DNA of 63,759 nt, filler included, from Reticulomyxa filosa (lineage: Eukaryota > Protista > Foraminifera), in NCBI GenBank assembly GCA_000512085.1. It is 14 parts of 14 records of this genome, joined end to end, with 100 filler letters (N's around TTAATTAATTAA, not from the genome) between each part and the next. Parts side by side here need not be neighbours in the genome. Positions count along the whole stretch, not along the records: positions 40,841 to 53,276 come from ASPP01005879.1; positions 53,377 to 56,136 come from ASPP01025351.1; 12 more parts are not named here. The stretch is one strand, 5' to 3'. This document shows positions 42,852 to 56,136 of the stretch, piece after piece; within the stretch, counting starts at the first letter, position 1, and every line of letters begins with the position of its first letter. The notes below the pieces were generated by a model. It worked only from the letters and a program-made list of their open reading frames with translations. It was not told where the DNA came from and ran no database searches. The position numbers and the translations under genes were made by a program.

Positions 42852-45813
42852 ATGACAGCAAAAGGATTGGACGTCATGATTAAAAAAACAGTTTTTGTTC
42901 AGCCTCGATCATATTTATTAAAATTGTATTTAATCGAAAGTGATAAAATGGATGACGAAAATTATATAAATTCATGTCCAATCTTTCAAACCGAAACAGC
43001 AACAATATCAAAAACTCCAACATTTATTAATAACAAGTTTCAGATACCTTTTTCAACACTTGTAAGCGATAATAAGAATTTAGAAGAGATCATCAAACAA
43101 CATTCATTAATTATTGAAGCATATATGTGCGAAACAATTGAAAATCAGGTTCATATTCTGAAAACAGATTCAGTCTACAAAAAGAAAAAATATAACAATA
43201 ATTTTTCATCTTTGATATAGATAAAACAAAGATTTATGGGAGATGTTGTTTATAATTTATCTTCTAAATCTGTTCAATTGTTTAATCAATTATCAATAGT
43301 TGAAGTTATCACGTTCATGGGAATTGTAAAATATGAAGGTATATTTATATTCGATTATATTTTATTTTTGTTAAGAACACAGAATATAAAGTTTAATTGC
43401 AAAAAAAAAGATGGAGCCGAAAAAGAAGTACCCATTGGTCGAACTTGTCTTCAATTTCAATGTATTCCAATAAATAATGCAACAGAGATTAACCTCTTTT
43501 CAATGCATCAAAAAATGTTTACTCAACTCCGAATTTTATCACTGTTAACTGTTCATATTGAAAAATAAATGTGATATCTTTTCACATTTTTCATGGCATT
43601 TGATCATAGATACAAGCATATTTATTCATATCCACTCAGTGCAAAATAATAATTCTGTCTTGTCACAATATTATATTCGAGCAAGTCATATTGATTTCGA
43701 GGAACAAAGAATGATTAACTCTCAGTGCAATGGGTTGGTTATTGAAAAATCTTTATTCAATAAAAAAAGAATAAAGGAATACAATAACTCTATTATTTTT
43801 TTTTATATAAAAGAGAATTACAGCTTCATCCAACATTGGTTATGAAATGCAAAGAAAGACAAAGTTTAGAGTCTGTACACGAAAAAGGAGGGCCTGTAAA
43901 ATTGGAGCTGTTCAATAAAGAAAATAATAATTGTGTTACCACGTTTCAATTACCTTTGGAATCGCTCTTTGCTGATAAACAGTTAGTTCATTGAAGATTA
44001 ACTTGATGAAAATACAAATGTTGTTGAAACACAAAATTATGTTTAGATATCACTTGAGTCTTCATTCTTGTGATGAAACAAGTCAGAGATTTGTCTTGGA
44101 ATGTTCCATTTGGTTCGAGCCAAAAATCACTACTTTGGCATCTAGAAACAATGCCATTTATCAAGTTATGACAGTACAAAAAAAGAAAAAACTAATGACA
44201 TTTACAATAATTTAAAAAAATAGGTTACTCTCTTATCATGTAAAGGATTAGATGAAAATCAAAGATACACATGTCTTGTTAATTCTTTGAATACAAATGA
44301 TAAATTTACTGTTAAGTCATCATTATATATTTTACTCACCATATCTGAAAATGGATCATTTATTGTTTTTTTATAGGATAAAAAACAATTACTCGAATTC
44401 ACTACCACAATACCTCTGGACAAACACCTATGCACTGATGACAAAATATGGAGTAATTTTAAACCGAGTGAGATTCCTCATTTGCTACCACTCTATTGCT
44501 TCTTAAATGCAGTTTTATTATTCATATTCTATTTCGTAATTTTCAAAAAAAAAAAATACATAAATAAATTCACAAACTAAACAGCACCAAGTGCAAGACC
44601 AAACTCAAAAAAGAAATGATTTAGCATTGAAAATGTTTGAAAATCAGTCAATGAAGTTTTGTTAATGTATTCACTCAATGTTTATTTTACAAGCAAATTA
44701 TCTTGTACATTTTATAACACATAGATGTATTGGATCTTGCCAACTGCAGTTTCCAAAAACAATAAATCATGTACAAATAAATTCAATTTCATTATGTAAT
44801 ACAGAAACCGCAACAGAAAAAAGACAACTAACATTTTCAGTGAAAATTTGGGACGGAAAAAATGAACCAGTATTTGATGTAGCTCAAGTAATATGTGTTT
44901 TTTTCAGTTTTAAGTGTTCATACAATACAAATCAATATCTTCAGTCCTCCTCTCTTCCTCTTTCAAATACCTTGCCGTTATCGGCCCAAGAAAAAAATGA
45001 CCAATCAAAAGAGCGGCAACAAAGTTAATAGATTGACCTATTTTTTATTTGAAAAAAAAGTTCATCCTTTTAAACTAAAAAAAAGCAAAAATTAAGGAAC
45101 TTATTCATAAATTATTTCAACTCGAAGAAAAAGAAAAACAATTACGAAAGGAGAATAAAGATTCCGATACATTATTAAATTTTGGCAAAGAAATAACAAC
45201 TTTGAGAAGTTTTGTTTTTATCTATCTTAATATGCTAATTAAAACAATACACATTTTTTTTAGATGATAATGTTACACTATCAAAATCAATATTGAAATT
45301 AAGTGAGCAATTGAAAGAATTATTAGAACACGATATTACAGAATATAAACATGTTGACCTAATGCCAATCAATAGAATAAAAATTCTAATTGTAAGATAT
45401 AATAATGCATATAAGTTAAAATCAATTAAAAATGATTTCCTTTTTTTGTTTTGTTTTTAAAAGATATTTTAAAAAAAACAAGAGACGAAAAAAGAAAACG
45501 AGAACTCTTAGAAAAACAGCTCCAAACAATGACCTTGCAGATTGAAGAAATTAATCAAATGAAAATCGAACTTCATCAACTTCAAACTGCTTCAAAATAT
45601 CAGGTTTTTTTATTTTTCAATCAATTAAAAAATTACTTAACACAAATCTGAATTGAACAGAAAGATTTTCTTGAAAATTTGAAAACTAAAACCAAACAAC
45701 TTCAATTATACAAAGAAACTGTCACATCGCACGAGAAAGTCATTGCGCAATTGCAAAAAATGTTATCATTGGCTTATTCATCCATAGAAAAAAATAAGCA
45801 ATCTAAACAGTAA
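42852..45813 (+). CDS. Intron-rich C2-domain and coiled-coil protein, CCDC33-like
   Basis: C2-like exons (FQTETATISKTPTF; VTLLSCKGL; TTIPLDKHL); the coiled coil ends QLYKETVTSHEKVIAQLQKML. Confidence 0.55.
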
Positions 45814-46203
45814 CACGTTTTTTAGTTAGCACATTGATCATATGACAATTAAAAAGAAACCCAAATAGTAAACAGAAAAAAATAAATATGAACACAAAAT
45901 AGCATTGAAAATTTGCAAAACGATTTTTTTGAATGGATTAGTTGAACAAGAAGAAAAATGATAATAATAATTGTTTTAACTAAATGCACTGTACTGATGT
46001 CTGGAAGCAGTCGCATACTTTGCTATATTGTAACTTTCTTGTATGCATAAACTATTATAGAAAATAATTAGACTATTGACCAATCTTGATATACTAAATT
46101 ATGTTTATTTTTACTAATACCACTATTTCGGAAGTAAACTCTTGTAGATCTCTTTTTAATTTAATTGTGGGAAAAAAAACCGTAACTTTTTTTGTGCCAT
46201 TTA

Positions 46204-46372
46204 GGAAAATAAAAACATATAGTCTCGTGAAGTATTGGCCGAAAAAACTATCGAGTTCAAAGGCACGAAAGGGGTTATGCTATCAGAACAGCAACATTGA
46301 CCTTTGGATTAAGATCGCACTTTGGGCGATTATAACATTAAGGGAGGCACATTGCATTTAGTGGCTTGACGC
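46204..46372 (+). pseudogene. Decayed ubiquitin-like domain
   Basis: The frame from 46229 reads EVLAEKTI..GVMLSEQQH*PLD*DRTLGDYNIKGGTLHLVA*R (ubiquitin [21 protein letters not shown]). Confidence 0.75.
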
Positions 46373-47172
46373 AAATGTAAGCTTTTAAATATTTTTTTGC
46401 TTTACAAAATAGAACGTGTTCGTGTTTTTTTCATTTTCAGCAATTTTGAACAATGTTATAAATACAATTCGCTCATCACAATTAAGCAGTCTGCATATGT
46501 TTACTTTATCTGCTTTAGTTTGTGATTAGTGTATGAAATACTAAAACTATTTTATAAAGCAAGTTGTGTCTATATCTTGTTGTAATAAAAAGTGGCAGCT
46601 GTCAATAAATCAATTGGATGAAAAAAGAACATCAGATCAAAGATTTAGTTTTCTGTTTGCATAACTGAACTACAAAAGACAAATCTAAAAGAAACGAATA
46701 GTGATTTTAATGTTTGCAAATCGTAATAATAATGTATGCTAACATTCACTTAGCATTTTTCACGAATTCAGAGAATTTCTACTTCTGATGATTTAAGTTT
46801 TGATTTATGTATTAAATAAAGCGACTATCTTATTGAAGTAAGTATTATTTATACTAATTGCTTGTGGTTAGATGTTGTGCGTTAGCAATAACTTGATAAG
46901 GAACTGCGCGTTTTATTTGATTTTGCGATATTTGAACATGAAAGATTTTATTGCAATACAGTGTATTGCAGAAGAAACTACAATATATAATAGTACATTA
47001 TGAATATAATCTATTATATATATATAAAATAAAGAAAAATTTAAACTTGGAATATAGTCATATTAGTGCGAATTTCTAACTTATAAATAGTTGCAAATAT
47101 ATAATCGTAATAAAAATATTATATTTTTATATGAAACAAAGATTAAGCAGTTATTTAATGACTAAACAAATA

Positions 47173-48462
47173 CATTAGAATGCAAAGTAAAGTTGAAACA
47201 TAAAATGGCACCTTATATATATGATCGATTTTCTACATGAAAAACAACATTTAGACTATTGTATTCACTCTGGCATTGATTTTATTAAATTTGTGCATAT
47301 TTCTTTGTCAAATTTTTACAATTCTAATTCAAATTGTTTCTAAAGTTCTTCTTTTGACATAAATGGTCCATTTTTGTATATATTTTTTTAACTATCCACA
47401 GCATATTTTCGATTGGGTTCAGACTGGAAAATTTAGATAGAAATCCAATACGTTAATAGCATTTTGCTAAAACACTTTTTTTATTGTAATTGCTTTGTGA
47501 GTGATATTATTATCTTGCTGAAATATACAATTTTCATTATCTAAACATCAATAAATGCTTTTGAGCATTTCATTAAATAGAATTTCTTTGTATATATCTG
47601 CATTGACACCTAAATCAATTTTACATTAATAACATATCCTAACTCTCCAAAGCAAGATCACACGATTATGCTTCCACCACCAAATTTTTACGTTTTTATT
47701 ATTGCATTTTCGTTAAGTGGTGCTACTGGTCTCTTCCAAATATGTTGTCTTTAATCACTATCTTTTAAATTAATTTTGCTTTTATCAGAAAAAAACACTT
47801 TTTTCCAATTATCGAATGTACATTCATTATACTTCTTGCAAAATCAAGTCTTGCTTTCTTATTTTTTTTTAAAAAGGTTTTTTCTTCAAAGTATATCATT
47901 CAATAAATTTTTTCTAATCATTCTGGTTATTGTTTCGCATGAAATTAAAGCAAAACATTCTTTTACAATCTTCTTTTTACTTCTTAAGCTTTAACAAATT
48001 TGCCAGTAATCATCCACCGTACAACAATACGTTGAATTCGTTATGGTACTTTTAACGAACGCTTTTTTATTGGTTTCTTATCAATAATTTTTTTAGTCTT
48101 AAAAGTAAGCTTCAATTTACTAACACATTAATGACTTACACTAAATTTTTTTTGCAACTTTGAGCAAATTCCAGCAATAACTCAACAGCTCAACATCAAG
48201 TCCTTTATTAAAATTCTCAACTTCTTTCAACGTTTTTTTAAAAAATAAAAAACTCAAATATTGAACTATACTGAACTAAAAAAAAAAGGACAAAATATTA
48301 AAATAATTAGTAAAGATTTAATAAAAAACCAAAATGATATTTAAAAAGTACATAATTTGTAGATATTTTTTAAAAAATTAGGTCTGTAGTTTTTTCATGT
48401 AGAAAATCAATCATCTCTATAAGATGCTGTTTTAGGTGTCGACTTTACTTTGCATTATACTG
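47173..48462 (-). mobile_element. Near full-length defective Tc1-family DNA transposon (DD34E) with TIRs and TA flanks
   Basis: The TIR TA|CATTAGAATGCAAAGTAAAGT..TTTCTACATGAAAAA is inverted at 48391-48462 (..TTTGCATTATACTG|TA). The minus strand reads WKKVFFSDKS, KFGGGSIIV*SCF, FQQDN and P(D)LNPIEN, with 34 residues between D and E after a 1-nt repair. Confidence 0.92.
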
Positions 48463-49536
48463 TATTTGCAATAAAGTGCAGAATCAAAAGATGAAAGTTA
48501 TTGAAAAAATAATCATAAGTTAGACTTGCTTGGCCCAAAATGTGTTATGATTGACATCAAGATATATTTTATAAATTATAAAATTTATAAAATATACTTT
48601 ATGCCAAACTTTCAAAAATCAATGAAAAAATTATTACTTTAATCAACATAAAAAAGTTATTATAAAACTAATTTTTTTAAATATATACAAATCTTGTAGT
48701 TTTTAAATATGAAATTAGTTAAATGTTTATTTTTCATGGAAAAATGTATTTTCTTCACAATATACAAGAGATATTGCAGTTTTTTCTGCAATACACTGCA
48801 TTTGTGACATCATGGATCCGTTTATGTTAATACCTCTTTCATTTACATATTGTATTGTTACTTTGAGCAAATTTCTTTGAATAAATTGGTAAAGAAAGAA
48901 AAAGTACAACGAGTAAAGAACAAAGCAAGTAAAGAAAGTAGATTTGTGAATAGAGAATTTCGCAATCACTTGAACCTTGTCGACACCCAATAGGGCTTTG
49001 TCTACAATGTCATGCTTCATAAATACGAGCAAATTTGATGGAACGGTTAACACATATTACTTTGGATAAAAAAAACATAAAAATCTATTTAAGATGAAAT
49101 TATGACAGAAATCTCTGATAATAGTGTATCAATCTTCTTGCATTATTAAAATATTTGTTCATAAAAGTAACAAGTCCATTGACTACTTGTACATTGTGAA
49201 GTCCTTAAAGACTACTCCAGAAGAAAAGAACAACAACTTGTTGCAATGAGATTTGAAGTATTTGATTCTGGACAATGATCACAACACAAAAGAACCGATA
49301 AAAACTGAAATTAAAAAAAAAAATTGAATCGAATTTGCTTTGTTATTTTATTTTTTAGTTTGCCAAACAATATTGTTATGTTACACTTCCACACTCACCA
49401 ATTGGTCACCACTTTGGGTGAAAAATATCAGCATGATACCGATAAAACGTCTTTTGAAGGAGTTAATATGAACACTTCGCAGCTGCCGACACCACCTTTT
49501 TTGCAGTCCAGCAAAAAATTTGGAAACCATTGCTAT

Positions 49537-52500
49537 CTATTTATCCCTAATGTCTAATCTGTCGACATTTCTTCAACTGTTGTTGCACTCGTTTCTTTTT
49601 GTCCCGATTTCTGTTGCGCCAATTTTTTCACCAAGTCCCAATTGGCTTTGCGACGTGTCTATAAATGTGTTTCATAAAAAAATAAAATAAAATAAAAAAA
49701 GGTGGTGATTAGCATTTGATCACTCAGCAAAAGAGCTAAAAAAAAAAGAACCACTTTGCAAACCTGTTTTTCAACTTTGGTCAAGTGTCTAGGTTTTTTT
49801 CATATTGTTTCACATTTGGCAACAGTCGTGAATACTCGACTTCGTTGAATATTTCAAGTGTAAATATCATAAAGCTATCATAAGGACGTTGCATGGATGA
49901 TTTGGATTCATCACTACTTGTATGAGCAGAGCTATCCGGAGCAGATGGTTCATTTGTCCTCCCCATCAATTGGTTGAGTCGAGCATCAGCCACCCCAACT
50001 CCAACATTGGCATAGCGTTTGCCAACTTTGAAGGGAAAAGGTGGAAGCCTGCCATATGCCAAAGCTTTGGAGGTTGCTTCTTCGGCATCTTTTTCGCGGA
50101 CCTCTTTTTTGGAAAGAAATTGTTGCATACTTTGCCAGTACTCAATGTCTTTACAATGATAGATCTTTTCTACAGTTTGATTGGACAATCGCAACTGCTG
50201 ATTGGAATGATTGCGGTTGCGAAAGAAGGCCTCCACCAATTGCGGCAAGAACGCCTTTCGATCTAAGTCCACCAGTTGTTGCATCGATGGCTCTTTCCAC
50301 GCTGCAATGGCACGCTCCGCTACCGGCTGTCGTGTAGAGAGCATACATTGCGTCAACTGCTGCGACGCTGCAACCAACACTTTTTTGAACGAAGCAAACT
50401 CAAACCCGTCCTGATGGTTCAGCATCACACTAATTATGTTCACCATTTCCATTATGAAGATTTCCTCTTTCTGCGGGGATTGCTTTGGCCAGTATCGTAA
50501 CAAGCCAAGCAACACAATTGCGCCGCTTTGCTTGTCCTTTGCGACAAAGTTCACACAGCATTGGGTCAAATGCTCCCAAAATTTTAAAAGACCACGGCAC
50601 TGTTGATAGATATTTATAGTATACGTATATACATATATACATATACGTATATGTATGTGTATGTGTGTGTGTGCATGCGTATAGACACAAAAGTTTACAA
50701 AGAGTGCTATTGTAACGTGCCTTGTGAAGCGGCACTAAAACGGTGGTTAAAAATTTTTTCCACGAGGGCTTGACCGGGACAGTGAGTCCTGGGATAACAG
50801 CACAAACGATTTGAAGCAGCTCTGCAACCCCGTTGAAGTGTTCCACATCGGTATAGTGAATCATTTTCGACAAGTAGTTGGAGGTCAACTCGATGATTTG
50901 TGTTCGCAGCTTTAGACAACGTCCATACATTTTGTGCAATATCATCATCAAGTATGCTTTTTCCCTTTGGTCTTCACTAGCAAATAATTCGACCAAACTT
51001 TTCAAAAATGAGCCCCCCATATATTTCTATATATGTATATATGCATATATGCATATACATATATATATGTTATATACATAAGTTTTATTTTGCAATGTTC
51101 ATAATAAAAAAAAAAAAAAGGTAAACAGATTCAACCTCCATAATTTGAGGGGTGACTTGGGTGGTGCAAATGATTCTCCACGCCAAATCGTAGACCAACT
51201 TCAGATGTTTCCAACTTGGATCTTCGTAGTTGGCTTCTTTTTCAAAGACTTCGTCGTGAAAGAACATGAGCGAAGGCGGGCGGAATTGGTAGGGCAATGG
51301 ACGGAACAAATTGATACTAATTGTCTTCATGCACTCCTCGAACAAGAAATCTTTGAACCAGTTGTGGCGTGAGATATAATCCGTTAAATCTTGCAACATG
51401 TCTTCTTTTTTTTTATCATTTCCGCTTTCACACGAGTCTAAATTGCACAAACGTGAATACATTAGCAAGTGTTTGTCAAATGGAAGAATATTTTTAAATG
51501 AAACCAATCGGACATATATGCATACATATATGTAATATAAATTAACCATGTCAGAGAAATCGCAAACGGCACGACAAAGTCTAAGTTTTTCTTTGATGAC
51601 GTCATCACGTGCAAGCCTGTCGGTATCAAAAATTAAAGGTAGGTTGGCTTCATACAATTCTTTGCGCAGTCCTCGCAATGTAATTTTGCGTTTTTTTGGT
51701 TTCGATTCCGAGATCTCTCTTCGCAGTCGTTCAGCTCGCCCATCTTTATCGTCATACAGTGTCACCCATTTATCAAAGGGCGTGTGCTCCTTTGCAGTTT
51801 CCTCATTGCTGTCTTCGACCTCCTCGTCGTCTTCATCGTCGTTTTCGTCTTCTTCGTCTTCGTTTTCATTTTCTTCTTCCTCTTGCCCTTTATCCTCGTC
51901 TTTTTCTTCATTTCCATTGCCTTTATCTTTGTCTTTGTCTTTGTCCTTGTCTTTGTCTTTGTCTTTGTCTTTGTCTTTGTCTTTGTCTTTATCTTTATCT
52001 TTGTGATCCTCTGTCTCTTCTTTGTCCCCTTTTTCTTCACTCTTCTTCTGATTCTTCTCATCCTCATCTTTCAACGGAGATGCAGACCCTTTGGCGACAA
52101 CTGCAAGCGGTTTTGGAATAATGTTAGTGCTCATGATCGCTTCCAAGTCCTCGATGGTCAATTTCATCTTCCGCGATTTTTTCAGTTTTTGGCTGGGCTC
52201 TTTTTGCAACTTTTTTGTTTTTCACTTTTTATTCTGCTCAACCTTGGCACTCCCATTGCTTTTTCTTTTTCTTTTCTTTTCCTTTTCCTTCTCATTCTTC
52301 TTTGTCTCAGTCTCGGCAGTCTCAGTAGTCTCAGGCTTCTCTTGACCCGCTTCAGGGTTGGCAATTATGATCCCAGTCGCAGAAGCTGCTGCGATAGGCA
52401 TTGTGATCACGTCCATACTAATATCTAACGCAGGTTCGATAACGATCGTTGGGGTGGTTGGGATCGGCGTGACAGGCGTGACGGGCGTGGTCGGAAAGGT

Positions 52501-53276
52501 TGGCGTGACGGGCGTCGAGGGGAAGGTCGGAGTGCCTGGCGTGATTGGAAACGTAGGTGTCTTTGGCGTTGTCGGCAGCGACGCGGATGGGTAATGAGGC
52601 TCCGACGAGGCTTCCGCCATGAACTCAAAGAGTTCCGTCTTGGTCTTGGAGGTTGATTTTTTTTTATTTTTTTTTTTAGGGGTTTTGATCTTTGCATTCA
52701 TCTCTGCTTCTGTTTCTGTTTCTGTTTCTGTTTCTGCTTCCGTTTCTGGTTCCACTTTTTTATCATTATTATTATTATCATCTTCATTATCATTTTCTTC
52801 TGTTACACTGCTACTATTGCTCGTCGTTCGCTTAAAGCTTATTCGTTTGGACTTGGACCTAGTCTTTGTCTTTTGCTTGGCCTTGTCTTTCGCTCTTTGC
52901 GACTGCTCATCTGTCTCAATGGCTATCACTGCAATGTCAATGTTCTTCTTTGTCGTCGGCGTCAGAGGCCGACTTTCGACTTCCCAGAGGATACAATGCG
53001 AACCTGTGCTCCTATGCCATTCGCTTTTTTTTCATTTGTCTCTTCCTTCTCTCTTTGTTGTTCTTGTTGCTGCTGCTGCTGCTGCTGCTGCTGTTGATGT
53101 TGATGTTCTTTTCTTTCGTCGCTATATTTAGAGAAACCATTGGTCGTATATGGCACGTCCCCATTGCTTGAACGTTGTTGATGGTTGTCAGCGGCGACAC
53201 TATGGTCACCACTACTCAGTGTAAGCGCTTTGCTATTTCCATTGGGACTACGGCCGGGACTAGGGCTGGGGCTGGA
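49537..53276 (-). CDS. PPP2R5: PP2A regulatory subunit B' (B56)-like with a very long low-complexity N-terminus (5' truncated)
   Basis: EKLRLCRAVCDFSD, SINLFRPLP, DPSWKHLKLVY, LVELFASEDQREK..LHKMYG, EHFNGVAELL, GLLRYWPK..KEEIFIMEM and VAERA. Confidence 0.92.
51926..52002 (-). repeat. (GACAAA)n hexamer repeat encoding a poly-(DK) tract
   Basis: Tandem TCTTTG units on the plus strand. Confidence 0.9.
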
Positions 53277-53376
53277 NNNNNNNNNNNNNNNNNNNNNNNN
53301 NNNNNNNNNNNNNNNNNNNNTTAATTAATTAANNNNNNNNNNNNNNNNNNNNNNNNNNNNNNNNNNNNNNNNNNNN

Positions 53377-54069
53377 TTTATATTCCATATTCTTATTGTT
53401 TTATCACTTGAACCTGATACAATATTATTACCATTTGGAGAAATATTTATATCATAAACTGAATTTAAATGTCCTTCTAATTTTATTTTTTCTTTTCCTG
53501 TTTTTATATCCCATAATCTTATTGTTTTATCATTTGAACATGATATAATATAATTTTCATCTAATGAAAATATTACATTATTTATACAATCTATATGTCC
53601 ATTTAATATTTTTATTTGTTTTCCTGTTTTTACATCCCATATTCTAATTGTTTCATCTTCTGATGAAGATACAATTGTATTTCCATTTGATGAAAATTTT
53701 ACACTTCTTACTGACATTTCATGTCCTTGTAAAATTTTTAATAATTCAAAATATTTTATCTATCATTTTATATCTTATATTTTATATCATTTTTTAATTT
53801 ATCTTATTCATTATAAATAATATAACTTAACATATTTTATAACTATTTTATCCAAATCATTAATCCATCCTATTTTAATATTTAAAATTCGAATCCAATT
53901 GTTAATTATTATTTTTATATCTTTTTTTAACTTATTTTTATATCAAATACAATACATTCATTTGTATTTCAAACAGGTTTACGAAAGGTAAAAGAAAAAG
54001 TCTTACCAAAGGTGATGAGTTCTGTTCAGTTTTGTTCACAACAGTATTCAACAAGAAAGAACTCGTCAT
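53377..54069 (-). CDS. WD40-repeat protein with lineage-specific 'NWIRILNIKIGWINDLDKIV' leader (3' truncated)
   Basis: GHEMSVRSVKFSSNGNTIVSSSEDETIRIWD-type repeats, plus short upstream exons. Confidence 0.88.
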
Positions 54070-54599
54070 TTCACTTGACTTTTATCATAGTAGAGTCAAC
54101 TAGTTTAAAGTTCAATCCAAAAGTTGTACTTTTGTTTCCCCTTGCTTTTTTTGTTCAGTTTATCATGTTTAAACTCGTTATTTCAAAATAGGACAAATGC
54201 TTACAAACTAATTAAAATATAATCTATGTTCAATTCTTTTGCTGCCATTATGTTTATACTTGAATTGTTTTATCATTGATGATGAAACAATCTTATAACT
54301 TTCCATTGAAAATGTTACGCTTTTTTTCTCTCTGTTATCTTTCTCAAAACTTTCACATTAATAAAAAATGTAGAAAGGAAAAAAAAAATATCCAGTTGTT
54401 TAAATAAGAACAATAGCATAAAATATTTCATGTTTGGTTTATTCTTTTTTCATGATTTTAAAGAACAAATATCAAGACATTTTTAAAAGATCTTGTTGTA
54501 ATTAAAACTGTGATGAGAACAAAGCAATCGCTTATTTTTCCTTTTGTAGGTCAAGTACAGTTTCCAGAATGTAATCTTTTTTTATATAAGAAAACATAT

Positions 54600-56068
54600 T
54601 TATCCCCAAATATAAATGTGACCTTTTACTGAGCCATAGCACAGTTCAAAACCTTTGTTTTTTAATGATGAAAATTGAAGACATAATATTCCATCATCCT
54701 CTTTTTCATTTCCTTTCATCACATGCAATTCCTTGCTTGATCGAATGTCCCAAAAGCGGATAGTGCTATCTTCTGATCCAGAGCAAATAACATTAGTACT
54801 ACCACCAACTTCGCAGTTATTTACAAACGGTGAATAGTCAACAGCTCTGACATAGTGTGTATGCCCTTTGAAAATGTGCATTTGTTTTTGGATCGAATGT
54901 CCCACAGACGAACTGTTTTGTCAGCTGATCCAGATAATATTGTATTTCCACCGCCACTAATTCCTAATTCGTATGGTGAATACTTTACGCTCCTCACTGT
55001 ATCTTTATGTCCTGAGAAGACAATCAATTCTTTTAGAGTTTCGACATCCCATACACGAATGGTGTCATCATATGATCCAGAACAAATGGTATATCCATTT
55101 CCACCAATTACACCAGCATTGCTACTTTTGTTGTGATCACCCTTGTTGCTTTGCAATGGTGAGAAATCAACACACCAAACGCCCCACGTATGTCCATTGA
55201 AGACATGCAATATTTTAGATGTTTGAACATCCCACAAGCGAATAGTTTGATCACTGGATCCAGAGCAAAGGAGTCGACTACCATTGAATGGTGAAAACTG
55301 AATTCCATAAGTACTTTTGTTATGTCCATCAAGTACTTGAAACTCTTTGTTGTCTTTGATGTCCCAAAAGCGAATAGTTTTGTCTTCTGACGAAGAGCAA
55401 ATGACAACACGACGATTGTTATGATAATGATATGGTGAAAATTTCACGCAGTTCACATAGCCTGTATGTCCATTGAACATTTTTGATGGCTTGCCTGTCC
55501 CCAAATCCCAAACACAAATTGTCTTATCACCAGATCCAGAGCAAAGGAATGAGCCACCATTAGATGAGCAATCAATGCTGTGTACACGACTGGTATGACC
55601 ACTGAATGTCTTGAGCAATCCAGATGACGATGATGACGATGATGACGATGATGACGATGATGATGAACAAAATATTTCAAAATCAAACGTGGAAATTGGC
55701 GGATGAATAGAAGGAGATGAGCCATGTCCAATTTTTTGAGATTCTTTTTGTTCTTCATTGTTCTGATGATTTGTGATCTGGGGTAATTGTGGATAATCTT
55801 GTGTTGATTTCAAATCCTTGTTCTCCAAAGTTTTCGCGACTTTGTCAGGATGTGGCAATAATTGCTTTTCTTTCTCAACCATTTGTACTTTTTGCAATTG
55901 AATATCTTGTTTCAATTTATCAATTTCTGCATCTTTGTTTTGGATATATTTCCTCAATTTGTTGAGTTCGTCTGAATTTGCATCTTGCTCATTTTTTTTC
56001 ATTTGCAATCTCAATTGGTTAATTTCCGATTTTAATTGATTTGATTCTCCCTGTAATTTTTATCTATT
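54600..56068 (-). CDS. Coiled-coil plus WD40 beta-propeller protein (last exon; 1-nt frame break near 54888)
   Basis: Six GH..WD repeats and a degenerate terminal unit ending HIYIWG*. Confidence 0.92.
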
Positions 56069-56097
56069 CTGTACAATTGCACAGTTATCATTGTTAA

Positions 56098-56136
<39 letters not shown>

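Noticed and set aside
24939-45813. Host-wide TAA/TAG = Gln reassignment
   Set aside because: Conserved genes (calmodulin-like, FBPase, ubiquilin, RBBP4) end at TAA in the expected places and have no internal TAR in their exons.
46255-46283. Minus-strand TAGCATAACCCCTT resembling the T7 terminator
   Set aside because: Only 14 nt match, there is no hairpin or U-tract, and it lies inside the ubiquitin-like pseudogene.
46294-46432. U1 snRNA-like pattern: ACATTGACCTT (could pair with AAG|GTTAAT donors), an ATTGCA hairpin loop, CAAATGT and a T-run
   Set aside because: The same bases translate as DRTLGDYNIKGGTLHLVA, a clear ubiquitin-like remnant; the U1-70K loop is absent and stems III/IV are poor. 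A cmsearch with the U1 model would settle it.
51548-53171. Long plus-strand ORFs (poly-SL, poly-FV, poly-C)
   Set aside because: These are antisense shadows of low-complexity B56 coding sequence; the same applies to many short antisense ORFs elsewhere.
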